Shown: piece after piece, positions 1 to 10,341 of the stretch | Layout of the letters: every line of letters begins with the position of its first letter | Position numbering within the stretch: position 1 is the stretch's first letter | Source: an uncultured Verrucomicrobiae bacterium | GTDB lineage: Bacteria > Verrucomicrobiota > Verrucomicrobiia > Chthoniobacterales > JAFAMB01 | Assembly (NCBI GenBank): GCA_963837955.1 | Contig: CAWIPH010000002.1 | Location: 4,960,001 to 5,024,000 of the forward strand | Reading direction: 5' to 3' | DNA length: 64,000 nt | The notes under the pieces: model-generated | Told to the model about the DNA's origin: nothing | Databases searched by the model: none | Seen by the model: only the letters and a program-made list of their open reading frames with translations | Translations under genes and position numbers: made by a program

Positions 1-8
1 GAATTACA

Positions 9-938
9 ATGAAGTACCCGCACAGTATTCCTCTCTGGCGCGCAAACGGAGAACTCTTGCCCGGCAATGTCCGTTCTCGGGTTGTGCTCTCGAGCGTTGG
101 CACAAAATGGAACGATGTCGTGGTGGAACAGCACCTTTTTCCCAGCAGTGAACTGGCCGATGTCATGTACAAGCGGCATGTGATTTTTACCAATATTGGT
201 CGCTCCATTACTGGTGAATTAAAGAAAGAGGGGCGGTTTCAGCGCTTCTTTAAGGCAAAAGGCGCGATTTCCTTCTTCCCGAGCCATCAGCCTTTTTCTG
301 GCTCTCTGAAAGCAGAGAGGGGCATGTTTGCGGATGTTCTCTTTCTGGCTCTGGATCCTGCTTTCATCCACCGGACTGCTGTCGGGCTGGAGTTGGATTC
401 AAACCGTATTGAACTGGTTGAGCAGCGACGATGTACCGACCCCACACTTCACCACATTGCTATGGCATTGCGGGCCGGAATCCAGACCGGCGATGCCCTA
501 GACCGCATGTATGGGGAGGCACTATCTACAGCGCTCGCCGTCCACCTCCTACGCGAATATGGCGCGGCAGTGCCAGGGCCGAAGAGGCGGTATGGTGGGT
601 TGCCGCGCGAAAAGCTGGTGCGTGCTGTGGAATATATTCAAGATCAACTGGACACAGACTTAACTGTTTCCGGGATTGCTCAGGCGGTTTACATGAGTCC
701 CTATCACTTTACCAGGTTGTTCAAAGAGTCTACCGGCCAGTCGCCTTACCAGTATGTTGTCGATGCCAGGGTGAGAAAAGCGAAGAACCTCCTAACAACA
801 GGCAAGTTCACCATCAGCGAAGCTGCATACCATGTCGGTTTCGTCGATCAGAGCCATCTCACACGTCATTTCAAAAGAGTTTTCGGCTTACCTCCTAAGA
901 GGCTGCTGAGTCGCCGAAGGCCAGAGATTGTGGTCTAA
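9..938 (+). CDS. AraC-family transcriptional regulator
   Basis: C-terminal double HTH (LTVSGIAQAVYMSPYHFTRLFKESTGQSPYQY...ISEAAYHVGFVDQSHLTRHFKRVFGLPP). Confidence 0.93.
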   Translation: MKYPHSIPLWRANGELLPGNVRSRVVLSSVGTKWNDVVVEQHLFPSSELADVMYKRHVIFTNIGRSITGELKKEGRFQRFFKAKGAISFFPSHQPFSGSLKAERGMFADVLFLALDPAFIHRTAVGLELDSNRIELVEQRRCTDPTLHHIAMALRAGIQTGDALDRMYGEALSTALAVHLLREYGAAVPGPKRRYGGLPREKLVRAVEYIQDQLDTDLTVSGIAQAVYMSPYHFTRLFKESTGQSPYQYVVDARVRKAKNLLTTGKFTISEAAYHVGFVDQSHLTRHFKRVFGLPPKRLLSRRRPEIVV

Positions 939-1205
939 GAGTCTAGCGCTACCGTCCTGCGGTTAGGCACCTCTTTCCACCCTGTGCACTTGTGCATTGG
1001 GTCCGCTAATCGGCTCTGCCGGCTGATTGGTGGGAAGAAACAACTTGTGCACTTTGAGCTTTTTAAAGACCGAAGGGCACAAGTCTGAAAAAGCCGGTCA
1101 AGTAGAGGGCTGAGTCTCCTTTCTCCGCCTCGATCCAGCAAGCTGCCTCTACGGCTGGTGCCTCTACGCTGCAGACCGATACTTGAACTTGGCAGGTCTG
1201 CGGCG

Positions 1206-2009
1206 TCAATTCACCGCCGCCGCGTAACCACCATCTACGCGCAGATTGACGCCATGAATGTAGGACGCTAACGGGCTGGACAAAAATACGACGGCAGCGG
1301 CAACTTCTTCTGGTCTTCCAAAGCGTTGCAATGTGGTAGGAATAACTTTTGAGACAACATTATGCTCAATGACCGCCCAATCATCTCCCCATCCCTGCTG
1401 CTGAGCGAGTGGGCGGAGAAACACCTCCGCACCGGGTGTGACGATCGCACCTGGGCTGACGGTATTAACAGTAACCCCTGAGTTACCGACCTCTTTTGCC
1501 AAGCTTACCGTGATCAGGATATTGGCAGATTTGGTGGCCGCATAGTGAGGCATTCCGGCTGTCGGTTGGAAACCAGCGCCACTTGAGATGTTCACCACTC
1601 TTCCCCACCCATTCTTTTTCATATCAGGCACAAACGCCTGAATCATACGCACCATCGAAGCTACGTTCTGGTTATAAATCTCAACCCATTGTGCCGGCGT
1701 GGAGTCCCACCAGCCGCGCTGAGGATATACTCCGGCATTGTTAATCAGAATATCAACGGGCCCGAAGGCGTCTTTTGCAGCTTTAGCGACTTGGGCCGCC
1801 TGCTCGTCGTCAGCGAGATCACCGAGAACACTTTTTACTGCTCCCCCGTTCTCCAGGATCTCTGCCGCGACTCGTTTGGCCGCGTCCGCGTTTCTGCCAT
1901 GAATCACCACACGCGCTCCTTCTCGAGCGAGCGTTTTTGCGATGCTTTCGCCGATTCCGGCGGTGCTGCCAGTGACTAATGCTATTTTGTTTTGAAGTTG
2001 CAGGTCCAC
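1206..2009 (-). CDS. SDR-family oxidoreductase
   Basis: TGSTAGIG, NNAG, YAATK (YxxxK), PEEVA; GTG start. Confidence 0.93.
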   Translation of the reverse strand: MDLQLQNKIALVTGSTAGIGESIAKTLAREGARVVIHGRNADAAKRVAAEILENGGAVKSVLGDLADDEQAAQVAKAAKDAFGPVDILINNAGVYPQRGWWDSTPAQWVEIYNQNVASMVRMIQAFVPDMKKNGWGRVVNISSGAGFQPTAGMPHYAATKSANILITVSLAKEVGNSGVTVNTVSPGAIVTPGAEVFLRPLAQQQGWGDDWAVIEHNVVSKVIPTTLQRFGRPEEVAAAVVFLSSPLASYIHGVNLRVDGGYAAAVN

Positions 2010-2222
2010 AGGTGGGTATTGATCTGTTGTTCGTTCAGCGGATGGCCCGGCTGCACGTGTTTGGGAGCTACTAGAACTCAGTACCTTGAATACCCGCCGT
2101 TTTTTGTTCCGATTGCCGGATTTCTTGTCTAGATGGCGGCGCGGCTACGCGAATTAGCAGGGCGATTAATGTTGGGACAATCTTCTCGTTCGGATTGCTG
2201 ACTGCCCCCGGGCACATGCGTT

Positions 2223-2993
2223 TCACTGTATCGTATAGCCGCCGTCGATCACGAGATTTTCCCCATTGATCATGGCCGCTGCGTCGTTGGCCAGAAATAA
2301 GGCACAAGCAGCAATCTCTTCCGGGTAGGCAAACCGTCCGTTCGGAATCTTCTTTTTCATCTGTTCCCCGACCTCACCGGCCCATGCCTTGCGCCCTAAC
2401 TCGGTCAGAACGACTGTCGGCGAGATGGCGTTGGTCTGAATGTTGAAACGGGCCCACTCCAGGGCGAGAACCTTGGTCATACTGATGATGGCGGCCTTGC
2501 CAGCGCAATACGCGGCGTGTTTATCCAGCGCGATAATTCCGGCTTGGGATGCCAGGTTAACAATTCTGCCGCCGCCCGTTTTCACCATCTCGCGAGCGAC
2601 ACGTTGAGCCAGAAAGAACGGTGCGCGCAGATTGATGGCCATCGTGCGATCCCAGTATTCTTCGGACAAATTCAAAGCGTCTTCCAGCAAGACAATTCCT
2701 GCGTTATTAACCAGGACATCGATTCGTCCGAAACGGTTCATCGCCGCTTCCACTACTCGGTCCCGGTCGCCTGAGCTCGTCAGGTCGGCCGTGACGGTCT
2801 CGACCCGGCTGGAGTCGGGGCAAATGTCCAGAGCAATTTTTGCGATATCCGGATTGAGGTCAGCTAAGACTAGCTTAGCGCCCTTTTCTGCAAACAGAGT
2901 CGCGATGGCTCGGCCAATTCCGGCCGCGCCACCCGTAATCAAACTCACTTTATCTGTTAAACCGAACGACTTGTCATAACCGGTAAACTCCAT
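2223..2993 (-). CDS. SDR dehydrogenase, GolD/DthD-like polyol dehydrogenase
   Basis: TGGAAGIG, NNAG, YCAGK, ISPTVVLTELGRKAW; last gene of a sugar ABC operon. Confidence 0.8.
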   Translation of the reverse strand: MEFTGYDKSFGLTDKVSLITGGAAGIGRAIATLFAEKGAKLVLADLNPDIAKIALDICPDSSRVETVTADLTSSGDRDRVVEAAMNRFGRIDVLVNNAGIVLLEDALNLSEEYWDRTMAINLRAPFFLAQRVAREMVKTGGGRIVNLASQAGIIALDKHAAYCAGKAAIISMTKVLALEWARFNIQTNAISPTVVLTELGRKAWAGEVGEQMKKKIPNGRFAYPEEIAACALFLANDAAAMINGENLVIDGGYTIQ

Positions 2994-3054
2994 AAGCGTG
3001 TCCTCGGAGATATCGTCCGGAAAGCGGGAGCTCCCGGACGCTATCAGGTGTTAT

Positions 3055-4071
3055 CTATTTCTGGTACTGCTGGCGTTCTTTTAAGAGGGCATCTCCATTT
3101 TGCGCGGTGACCGGAGTCCATGGCACGTTATAAACCTTGTCTTTGCCACTATCCCACGGCATGTCTTTGGCGTACTGTTGCCAGACCGGAGATTGCGGCT
3201 GATACGAATCACCGAGGACGGCATGCAAAGCCAGATCCAGAGCGCCTTGGGCTTGCGCCGTCGCGTCTTGGAGAATGCTGGTCATTTCTCCGCGTTTGAC
3301 GGCCAACAACGCGTCCGTCACACCGTCGATACCCGCAACATCGAAATCACTGACATTAAGACCGGCTTGTTTGATCGCCTGGATCGCGCCCAGGGCCATC
3401 TCGTCATTCTGGCCAATCACCCCTTTGATTTGGCCTTTGTGAGATGTTAGCCAGTCTTCTATCAAGCTGAGTGCTTCGGCTCGCGACCAATTAGCGGTCT
3501 TCATCTCCAGGACCTTAATATCAGGGTGCGCATTGATCGCTTCGAGGTTCCCTTTCCGGCGCTCGATCTGAGCTGACTGCCCGATCGGTCCTTCGATGAT
3601 GACCACATTGCCCTTGTTTCCCATTTTATCGAGCACAGCCTCGGCCTCCATTTTGCCAGACAGAACGTCATTAGAACCGATGTAAGCAGTCAGCAAATCG
3701 CTATTGACGCGTGTGTTGGAACCAATCACCGGTATCTTCGCTTCGTTGGCTTTCTCCACCGCTTTGGCGCCGGCCTGGATATCAATCGGAACAAAGATGA
3801 TCGCGTCGTATTTTTGGGTGATCATCGTGTCGAACTGGTCGTTTTGCGTGTTGGCGTCGTACTTGCCATCGAACACGGTCACTTTGGCAAGACCGCTCTT
3901 TACGGCCGGATGCCGGTTCAACGCCGCGGTCCAGAGCTGCATAAACTCTGCCTTCATACCGTAAACAGCTGCGGCAATCTTTATGGGTTTGTTATCGGCG
4001 GCGTCAGTCAACGAAGTAAAGCCGCAAAACGCGGCCAACAATGCTACTAATTCTGAGACTCTTAATTTCAT
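3055..4071 (-). CDS. Sugar/polyol ABC transporter substrate-binding protein (RbsB-like)
   Basis: Signal peptide, type I periplasmic binding fold motifs (ANWSRAEA, GQNDEMALGA, GIDG). Confidence 0.92.
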   Translation of the reverse strand: MKLRVSELVALLAAFCGFTSLTDAADNKPIKIAAAVYGMKAEFMQLWTAALNRHPAVKSGLAKVTVFDGKYDANTQNDQFDTMITQKYDAIIFVPIDIQAGAKAVEKANEAKIPVIGSNTRVNSDLLTAYIGSNDVLSGKMEAEAVLDKMGNKGNVVIIEGPIGQSAQIERRKGNLEAINAHPDIKVLEMKTANWSRAEALSLIEDWLTSHKGQIKGVIGQNDEMALGAIQAIKQAGLNVSDFDVAGIDGVTDALLAVKRGEMTSILQDATAQAQGALDLALHAVLGDSYQPQSPVWQQYAKDMPWDSGKDKVYNVPWTPVTAQNGDALLKERQQYQK

Positions 4072-4128
4072 CGGTTCTTCTGTGGGGTTTCTTTGCCGGT
4101 TAACCGGCGCTGCGGTACAACGGAAATT

Positions 4129-5151
4129 TCATTCCCGGGAGTGTCTCGCGGTGTCCAACAAGACGGCGCCAACGATGATGCAACCCTTCACCACCTGCTG
4201 GTAATAGGAAGAGACCCCCAGCAGATCCAAACCATTGTTGATAACGCCGATGATCAACGCTCCAAATAATGTGCCGGAGATGGTTCCGACGCCTCCGTTC
4301 AGACTAGTCCCGCCGATGACGACAGCCGCGATGGCGTCCAATTCGTACGACTGCGCAGCCTGCGGTAATCCGGATCCGGTTCGTCCGCTGAGTATGATGC
4401 CACCTAGAGCCGCGAGCACTCCGCATAGAACGTAGGCGGTTACTTTGATCTTTTTTGTTCCGATCCCGGCCGTCTTTGCGCTGCGCTCATTTCCCCCAAC
4501 CGCATAAATGTAACGACCAAGTGTGGTCTTATTCAGGACGAACCAAAGTACCACCAGGACCAGCAGAAAAATCAGGATCGGGATTGGCAACCGGAACAGT
4601 TCTTGGCCATCAAACCATTGTACCGGGAATTGGAATAGGATGCCTTCACCCAAGTAACTGAATTGCTTACTCAAGTCGGCGATCGGCTGGCCATCGCTAT
4701 AGATAAAGGTTAGGCCGCGGGCGACGCTGAGCATACCCAGAGTCGCGACGAAAGGTGGCACCGCCAAGCGCGCTACGAGTAAACCGTTGGCAAGTCCGCA
4801 TCCAAGCCCGACCATCAGTCCGGCGCAAACCGCGATCCAAGCAGGTTGCGGATCCAGCCCGTGGGCAAGGCTGGCCGAAACCAGTCCGGCATAAGCAGCA
4901 ACAGAACCCACCGACAGATCAATCCCTCGGGTCAGTACTACCAGCGTCATTCCTGACGCAAGAATTCCGTTGATCGATGTCTGCTTCAGGATGTTGACGA
5001 GATTCCCGATGGAATAAAAATTGTTATTCAGGACGGAGAGAAAGCCGCACAGGACAAAGAATGCGACCACGATTCCATACTGTTGTGAAAGGGCGCTCAG
5101 CGTGACCCAGCGAGATGGAGTTCTTTCTACGGTCGAGGAATCAGCACTCAT
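4129..5151 (-). CDS. Sugar ABC transporter permease (RbsC-like)
   Basis: GIDLSVGS, YAVGGNERSA, YELDAIAAVVIGG; hydrophobic. Confidence 0.93.
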   Translation of the reverse strand: MSADSSTVERTPSRWVTLSALSQQYGIVVAFFVLCGFLSVLNNNFYSIGNLVNILKQTSINGILASGMTLVVLTRGIDLSVGSVAAYAGLVSASLAHGLDPQPAWIAVCAGLMVGLGCGLANGLLVARLAVPPFVATLGMLSVARGLTFIYSDGQPIADLSKQFSYLGEGILFQFPVQWFDGQELFRLPIPILIFLLVLVVLWFVLNKTTLGRYIYAVGGNERSAKTAGIGTKKIKVTAYVLCGVLAALGGIILSGRTGSGLPQAAQSYELDAIAAVVIGGTSLNGGVGTISGTLFGALIIGVINNGLDLLGVSSYYQQVVKGCIIVGAVLLDTARHSRE

Positions 5152-5157
5152 GGAGAT

Positions 5158-6702
5158 TTAGGAGGCAAGATGCAAAAGATCTCCCTGCGACAGTTTCGTA
5201 TTTGGCAGTTCGGCCTCTAAGCGGCCGCGCCGGAAAACGGCGATCCGGTCACTCATGCCGAGGATCTCATCGACCTCCGAAGAGACCATGAGAATGGCGC
5301 CACCAGCGTCCACAAATTCGCTCAAGAAAGCGTAGATTTCGTGTTTTGCCCCTTCGTCGATCCCTCGGGTGGGCTCGTCTAATAACAAGATCTGCGGCTG
5401 GACCTGAAGCCAGCGGCCTAGGACGACCTTTTGTTGGTTACCGCCGCTCAAATTACGCACTGGCATTCCCAAGGAGGCTGCTCGGATCCGAAGTTGAGTG
5501 ACCATATCCGCTGCGCTCGCTCGTTCCCTCCGCTCATTCATCCAACCGAACCGGCTCATGCGAGGGAGAGCGGAAAGGACCAGGTTTTCGCGAACTGACC
5601 GGCACAGAACAAGCCCGGATGCCCTGCGATCCTCAGTGACCAGTGCAAGACCAAGTTTTTTCATCTCGCGCGGATGCCGGGGCACAATCGGGCGGTCGCT
5701 TACTCTGATTTTGCCTGACGCCCTGTGGTCCAGCCCGAAGACGGCCTCCAAAAACTCGGTTCGGCCCGACCCTAGTAAGCCGTAAATTCCAACGATTTCT
5801 CCGGGATATAACGAAAGGCTAATATCCGTAAATGCCGGCGGCCGGCTCAGGTTCTTGATTTCGAGGAGCGGTGCCGAGCCTTTAGTACGATCAACCTCAG
5901 CGGTGGCAGCTCTTGAGCGGAACTGGGAGCTCAGATCCCGGCCAATGATCTGCCGTATCAGGTGGCGTCGATCGATGTCCGCCACGCGCCCGCTCTCGAT
6001 GAAACGGCCATCACGGAAGACCGTGTATTCATCGGCGACCCGGAAAATTTCGGTCAATCGATGAGAAACATAAATAATGGCGGTGCCTAACTCGGTGAGC
6101 CGGCGGATCGTTCGAAAGAGGTTTTCAGCTTCGCGTTCGCCCAGAGCTGAGGTCGGCTCATCCATGATCAGGACGCGGGCATCGAGCGTCAGCGCTTTTG
6201 CAATCTCAACCAATTGAGTTTCTGCCAGGCTTAACTCAGACATCCGCCGGCGCGGATCGATGGGAAAATCGAGCTTCGCGAGGTGTTCAGCCGCTTTCTT
6301 ATTGAGAGAAGCAAAATCGACTAGGTACCGGAGGACCTTAGGTTCGCGCCCCAGGAAGAGATTCTCAGCGACGGTCATCCCACGCACCGGGCTTAGCTCC
6401 TGGGAAATCATCGAGACACCAGCGCGCAGCGCTTGTTTTGGGGAGCGAAAATTGACTTCTCTACCGGCAAGGTGAACAACGCCGCTATCGCGAGGCACAA
6501 TCCCCATGAGGATGCTGAGGAAAGTGGTCTTGCCGGCACCGTTGCCGCCGCAAAGTGCATGAACAGAGCCGGGGCGGAGATCGATGGTCCCGTCGCGGAG
6601 GGCGGGAACACCAGAAAACGACTTCGCGACACCAGCGGCGGTCAAAAGAAAATTATTCGGGCGAGGCTGGTTTTCGGTCGCAGGCGATTGCTGGGTCGTC
6701 AC
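5158..6702 (-). CDS. Sugar ABC transporter ATP-binding protein (RbsA-like, two ABC domains)
   Basis: GGNGAGKT Walker [21 protein letters not shown]. Confidence 0.94.
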   Translation of the reverse strand: MTTQQSPATENQPRPNNFLLTAAGVAKSFSGVPALRDGTIDLRPGSVHALCGGNGAGKTTFLSILMGIVPRDSGVVHLAGREVNFRSPKQALRAGVSMISQELSPVRGMTVAENLFLGREPKVLRYLVDFASLNKKAAEHLAKLDFPIDPRRRMSELSLAETQLVEIAKALTLDARVLIMDEPTSALGEREAENLFRTIRRLTELGTAIIYVSHRLTEIFRVADEYTVFRDGRFIESGRVADIDRRHLIRQIIGRDLSSQFRSRAATAEVDRTKGSAPLLEIKNLSRPPAFTDISLSLYPGEIVGIYGLLGSGRTEFLEAVFGLDHRASGKIRVSDRPIVPRHPREMKKLGLALVTEDRRASGLVLCRSVRENLVLSALPRMSRFGWMNERRERASAADMVTQLRIRAASLGMPVRNLSGGNQQKVVLGRWLQVQPQILLLDEPTRGIDEGAKHEIYAFLSEFVDAGGAILMVSSEVDEILGMSDRIAVFRRGRLEAELPNTKLSQGDLLHLAS

Positions 6703-6734
6703 ACTTTGAGGGGAGGTGAGTTGCGGTCCATTCC

Positions 6735-6838
6735 AACAAATGTTTGTATTCAGCTACAATTGTAAGGGGAACAAGCGCATAATTAACCGGACGCCCCACG
6801 GATGCAAACACTTTTGTTCACATTACTAAACATTTGCT
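6735..6838. promoter_or_regulatory. Candidate operator half-sites for the SorC/DeoR-type regulator in a divergent promoter
   Basis: AACAAATGTTTG (6735-6746) with inverted imperfect copies CAAACACTTTTGTT (6805-6818) and TAAACATTTGCT (6827-6838). Confidence 0.4.
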
Positions 6839-6923
6839 CAAATCACCCGCCAGTGTCACCTGTGCAAAGATTCTTTCACCCAGCGCCCGTTTCCTTTACT
6901 TTCCTTTCCACCACTCAAAGGTC

Positions 6924-8021
6924 ATGAAAGACCGTGCAAAATCTCCCCCCTCGCGGTCACCAGGGCCGAAGCCATCAGTGCTCAAATCTGCGTATCCTGC
7001 TCTTCTGACCGAAGAGGAAGCTTTAGCCAAGGTGACGTGGCTTTATTACCACCGGAAATTGACCCAGGAACAGATCGGCCAGGAGCTCGGCCTTTCGCGA
7101 CCCAGCGTTGCCCGTTATCTCCGGCGGGCCGATGAGCAAGGCTTGGTAACCATATCTCTACGCCGGGATCTTCTTGAGCGGATGGAGCTATCAACGGCTC
7201 TCGCTCAGCAATTTAATCTTCGGGAAGTTTATGTTGTACCAACGGCAAAAGCTGACCTGCCCGCCGACGTCATGCACGCAGTCAGTAAAATGGGGGCGCT
7301 GTACCTCCAATCTAACGTCAAGCCTGATCAGATTCTGGCGGTGGCCTGGGGCAGGACCCTTTTGGAAGTTGCTAGAGCCCTGGAGAATCACCCCGTTAAA
7401 GGCCTGGTTGTCGCCCAATCGTTTGGCGGACTTAACAACGGAGAATCCTTCAATCCACTGAGAGTCACCTCGTTAGTTGCGGAGAAATTCCACGCCCGAG
7501 TTTATCATCTTTACGTCCCGGCGATAACCGCCACAAAAGAGCTTCGAGAAGTGCTCTTAGCCGATGCCGGAATCCGGTCAGCGCTTGACGTGGCCCGGCA
7601 AGCCTCCTGTTTTATGGCTGGAATCGGAATCCTGCGGAGTAGTGCCATGATCGTAGAGAGCGGGTTCCTGGATCTTCCAACGCTGGACCGGCTGAAAGCG
7701 CTCGGCGCCGTGGGCGATATTTCGGCCCGTTACTTCAATATCAAAGGGCAACACATTATCGGAGATATCGAAGACCGGATCATTGGCCTTTCGTGGGATG
7801 ATCTCGCCAAGTTAGATAACGTCGTGGCGATCGCATGTGGAACCGAGAAAACAGAGGCGATCGTCGGCGCGCTGAGAACCGGGCTCCTTCACGTGCTAAT
7901 TACCGATGATCAAACAGCGAAAGCCGTTCTCGCCTATCTGTCGGCGGCAAGGAGTGAATCGGCCTTGGAAGCAAGCCCGCTCCACGCGATGGGTGCGAAA
8001 GGGGCTGGGAACGTGCCTTAA
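6924..8021 (+). CDS. SorC/DeoR(LsrR)-family sugar-binding transcriptional regulator
   Basis: LYYHRKLTQEQIGQELGLSRPSVARYL HTH, AWGRTL, GAVGDI, EKTEAIVGALR, LITD; start at ATG 6924 preferred over the ORF-track start 6834. Confidence 0.9.
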   Translation: MKDRAKSPPSRSPGPKPSVLKSAYPALLTEEEALAKVTWLYYHRKLTQEQIGQELGLSRPSVARYLRRADEQGLVTISLRRDLLERMELSTALAQQFNLREVYVVPTAKADLPADVMHAVSKMGALYLQSNVKPDQILAVAWGRTLLEVARALENHPVKGLVVAQSFGGLNNGESFNPLRVTSLVAEKFHARVYHLYVPAITATKELREVLLADAGIRSALDVARQASCFMAGIGILRSSAMIVESGFLDLPTLDRLKALGAVGDISARYFNIKGQHIIGDIEDRIIGLSWDDLAKLDNVVAIACGTEKTEAIVGALRTGLLHVLITDDQTAKAVLAYLSAARSESALEASPLHAMGAKGAGNVP

Positions 8022-8127
8022 CGGCATGTTGCCCTAATGACACGCAGTCGAGGGGGAACGCGTCAGGAAATGTCCTGAAGAATCAGAGACTGGACATAGC
8101 GCTTTTCAACCGAGTGAGACCTTCAAA

Positions 8128-9468
8128 TCAATGCGTTAGTTCTGCAATTTCCTCGAGCAATCGTTGGTTCAAGCGGATGCCCCCCTCAAAGTTCTCTATG
8201 GGAAAATTCTCGTTCGGTGAGTGAGCGTTGGCGTCCGGCAGCATCAAGCCGAGTAAGAGCGTATTTAAGTTCAGAACGTCTTTAAAGCTTTGGGTGATCG
8301 GGATACTCCCTCCCTCCCGGATAAAAGCGACCGGTTGGCCGAAAGTCTTCCCCAAGGCTCGTTGGGCCGCTTTTCCGAATGGTGATCCAGGTTCCGCCAG
8401 ATATGGTTTCCCCTGATTTTGGAAGATGACGTCGATTGCCACTGTAGGTGGGCAATTCTGAGTGAGAAATTTGGTGATTATTCCGCGGAGTTCGGTTGGA
8501 TCTTGATCAGGAACGAGCCGGAACGAGAGCTTTGCCGTCGCCCAACTCGGCACGATCGTCTTAGGTCCTTCTCCCTGATATCCGCTACTCAGCCCGTTAA
8601 TCTCCGCCGTCGGACGAGCCCAGACTCGTTCCAAATTGCTGAAGCCTTTTTCGCCGTAAAGAGTGGGCGCGCCCGTGGTCCTGAGCCAAGCTTGATCATC
8701 GAGAGGAAGGGCTGCCCATCCTTCACGTTCCCAAGATTCGGTGGGTCTAACGCGATCGTAAAAGCCCGGCACGGCCACTCTTCCATGGTCGTCATGCAAT
8801 TTCGCCAACAATTCAACAAGAACCGTCGCCGGATTGGCAACCGAGCCGCCGAAAATCCCGGAGTGAAGGTCCATCGCGGGTCCGGTCAGCCGGACTTCCA
8901 GGCAAAGCATTCCGCGGAGGCCATAAGTAAATGTCGGGACTCCAGGGGCGACCATTCTCGTATCGGAGATTACGACAATATCGGCGGCGAGCGCGGTCAT
9001 TTGCTTCCGCAAAAAATCTTCGAGTTGCGGGCTGCCCGTTTCTTCCTCTCCTTCGACAAGGAAGACGACGTTTACCGGGAGATCACCTCTGGATTGCAAG
9101 CTCTTCTCCACGCCGATCAAATGCGCGAAGATCTGGCCTTTGTTATCGCTTGAGCCTCGGGCAAAAATGCGGCCATCACGGATCACGGGCTCAAATGGAG
9201 GAGTTTGCCAGAGTTCCAAGGGATCTGGCGGTTGAACGTCATAATGCCCGTAAATGAGAACCGTCTTTCTGCCCGGCTTGTGATCATTTCGAGCCAAAAC
9301 GACCGGATGACCGCCAGTGGGAAGTTTCTCTGCGTCGAGGCCTGACTTTTTGAAGCGCTGTAGGAGCCAGTCCGCGCACGATTCAACGTGGGGCTTAAAG
9401 TGGCTATCGGCCGAGACGGACGGAAACCGAAGGAATTCGATCAGATCATTTATATCGTAAGTTTCCAT
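8128..9468 (-). CDS. M20-family dipeptidase / peptidase
   Basis: YGHYDVQP, ARGSSDNKGQ, EGEEE, DLHSG, AHSPNE. Confidence 0.93.
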   Translation of the reverse strand: METYDINDLIEFLRFPSVSADSHFKPHVESCADWLLQRFKKSGLDAEKLPTGGHPVVLARNDHKPGRKTVLIYGHYDVQPPDPLELWQTPPFEPVIRDGRIFARGSSDNKGQIFAHLIGVEKSLQSRGDLPVNVVFLVEGEEETGSPQLEDFLRKQMTALAADIVVISDTRMVAPGVPTFTYGLRGMLCLEVRLTGPAMDLHSGIFGGSVANPATVLVELLAKLHDDHGRVAVPGFYDRVRPTESWEREGWAALPLDDQAWLRTTGAPTLYGEKGFSNLERVWARPTAEINGLSSGYQGEGPKTIVPSWATAKLSFRLVPDQDPTELRGIITKFLTQNCPPTVAIDVIFQNQGKPYLAEPGSPFGKAAQRALGKTFGQPVAFIREGGSIPITQSFKDVLNLNTLLLGLMLPDANAHSPNENFPIENFEGGIRLNQRLLEEIAELTH

Positions 9469-9702
9469 TGTTCTTTTTGTTTGCTGCAGTCACCTAACTT
9501 CATGGGCGTTAGTTTCTCGGTAGCGTCGCAAGACTTCCTCGCTCCTGGTCGACTGTCTGCGCCGAGGTCTAGCTGAATAGTTTCTGATTCTTGCGGCGAT
9601 GGCCGTTTTCGGAGAGATCCAGGCGGACAGATCTGTCCGCGGACACGACACTTCGAACACGGTCGCCGACGCCGGCGGTTCCCTATTCTTCTGAACGCTA
9701 AG

Positions 9703-10218
9703 TCAGAAACGTTGGAGGAAAAAAAAGCTGGCCAAGCTAAATGTCACTAGTCCCGCAATGAAAACAAATGCCAGGGCAATCTCGGTCAACCCTGCTTTCA
9801 TTCTCTCGATCGGGAACGAATCGGGCCATTCAAAATCCTTCTTTTCCGAGGCCTCACCCAAAACGTCACGCATATCGCGCGGCGGTAAGGAGTTGCTCCC
9901 TAGTGGCGGCTTGATCTTGGCCTTATCGATTGCTCCAACAACGACCAGAGCCCGACCTGATCGGAGCGAGTTCATCTCCTGATCGGCCGGTACATCAACT
10001 AGTGGCTTCCGCGACGATCCCTTCGAAGTGGATAATTGTTTTTGAAATTCTAAGTAGTACAAGACGCTATACATAGGGTCCATTTTGTTGCTCCTCCAAG
10101 CAATCATCTGCCTAGGTTCCGTTCTGGAATAGAGGCCAAGATTTGGAGACGGGCCTTTTATTGTGCCAGTTGTCGTATTTGTTATCCCAGTTGCCGACGG
10201 CACTGGGAAAGATGTCAT
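9703..10218 (-). CDS. Hypothetical protein with C-terminal transmembrane helix (start uncertain)
   Basis: 171-aa ORF filling an intergenic gap; hydrophobic C-terminus; no recognised motif. Confidence 0.45.
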   Translation of the reverse strand: MTSFPVPSATGITNTTTGTIKGPSPNLGLYSRTEPRQMIAWRSNKMDPMYSVLYYLEFQKQLSTSKGSSRKPLVDVPADQEMNSLRSGRALVVVGAIDKAKIKPPLGSNSLPPRDMRDVLGEASEKKDFEWPDSFPIERMKAGLTEIALAFVFIAGLVTFSLASFFFLQRF

Positions 10219-10341
10219 CCCAAACGGCGGCTCAGTGATCGAGCATAGTCAGAATGAGATCGGCGGCGCCGTGACGTTGGGCTGTGCCTTGCTTTGTCGG
10301 GAGCAATTTGCCTTCTCTTAAAGATCACTTATTGAAGAACT

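Noticed and set aside
939..1205. Short repeats CTTGTGCA and TGCCTCTACG between convergent genes
   Set aside because: Too short and too few to distinguish from chance or local slippage.
8419..9153. 244-aa plus-strand ORF
   Set aside because: Antisense shadow of the M20 peptidase with no recognisable motifs.
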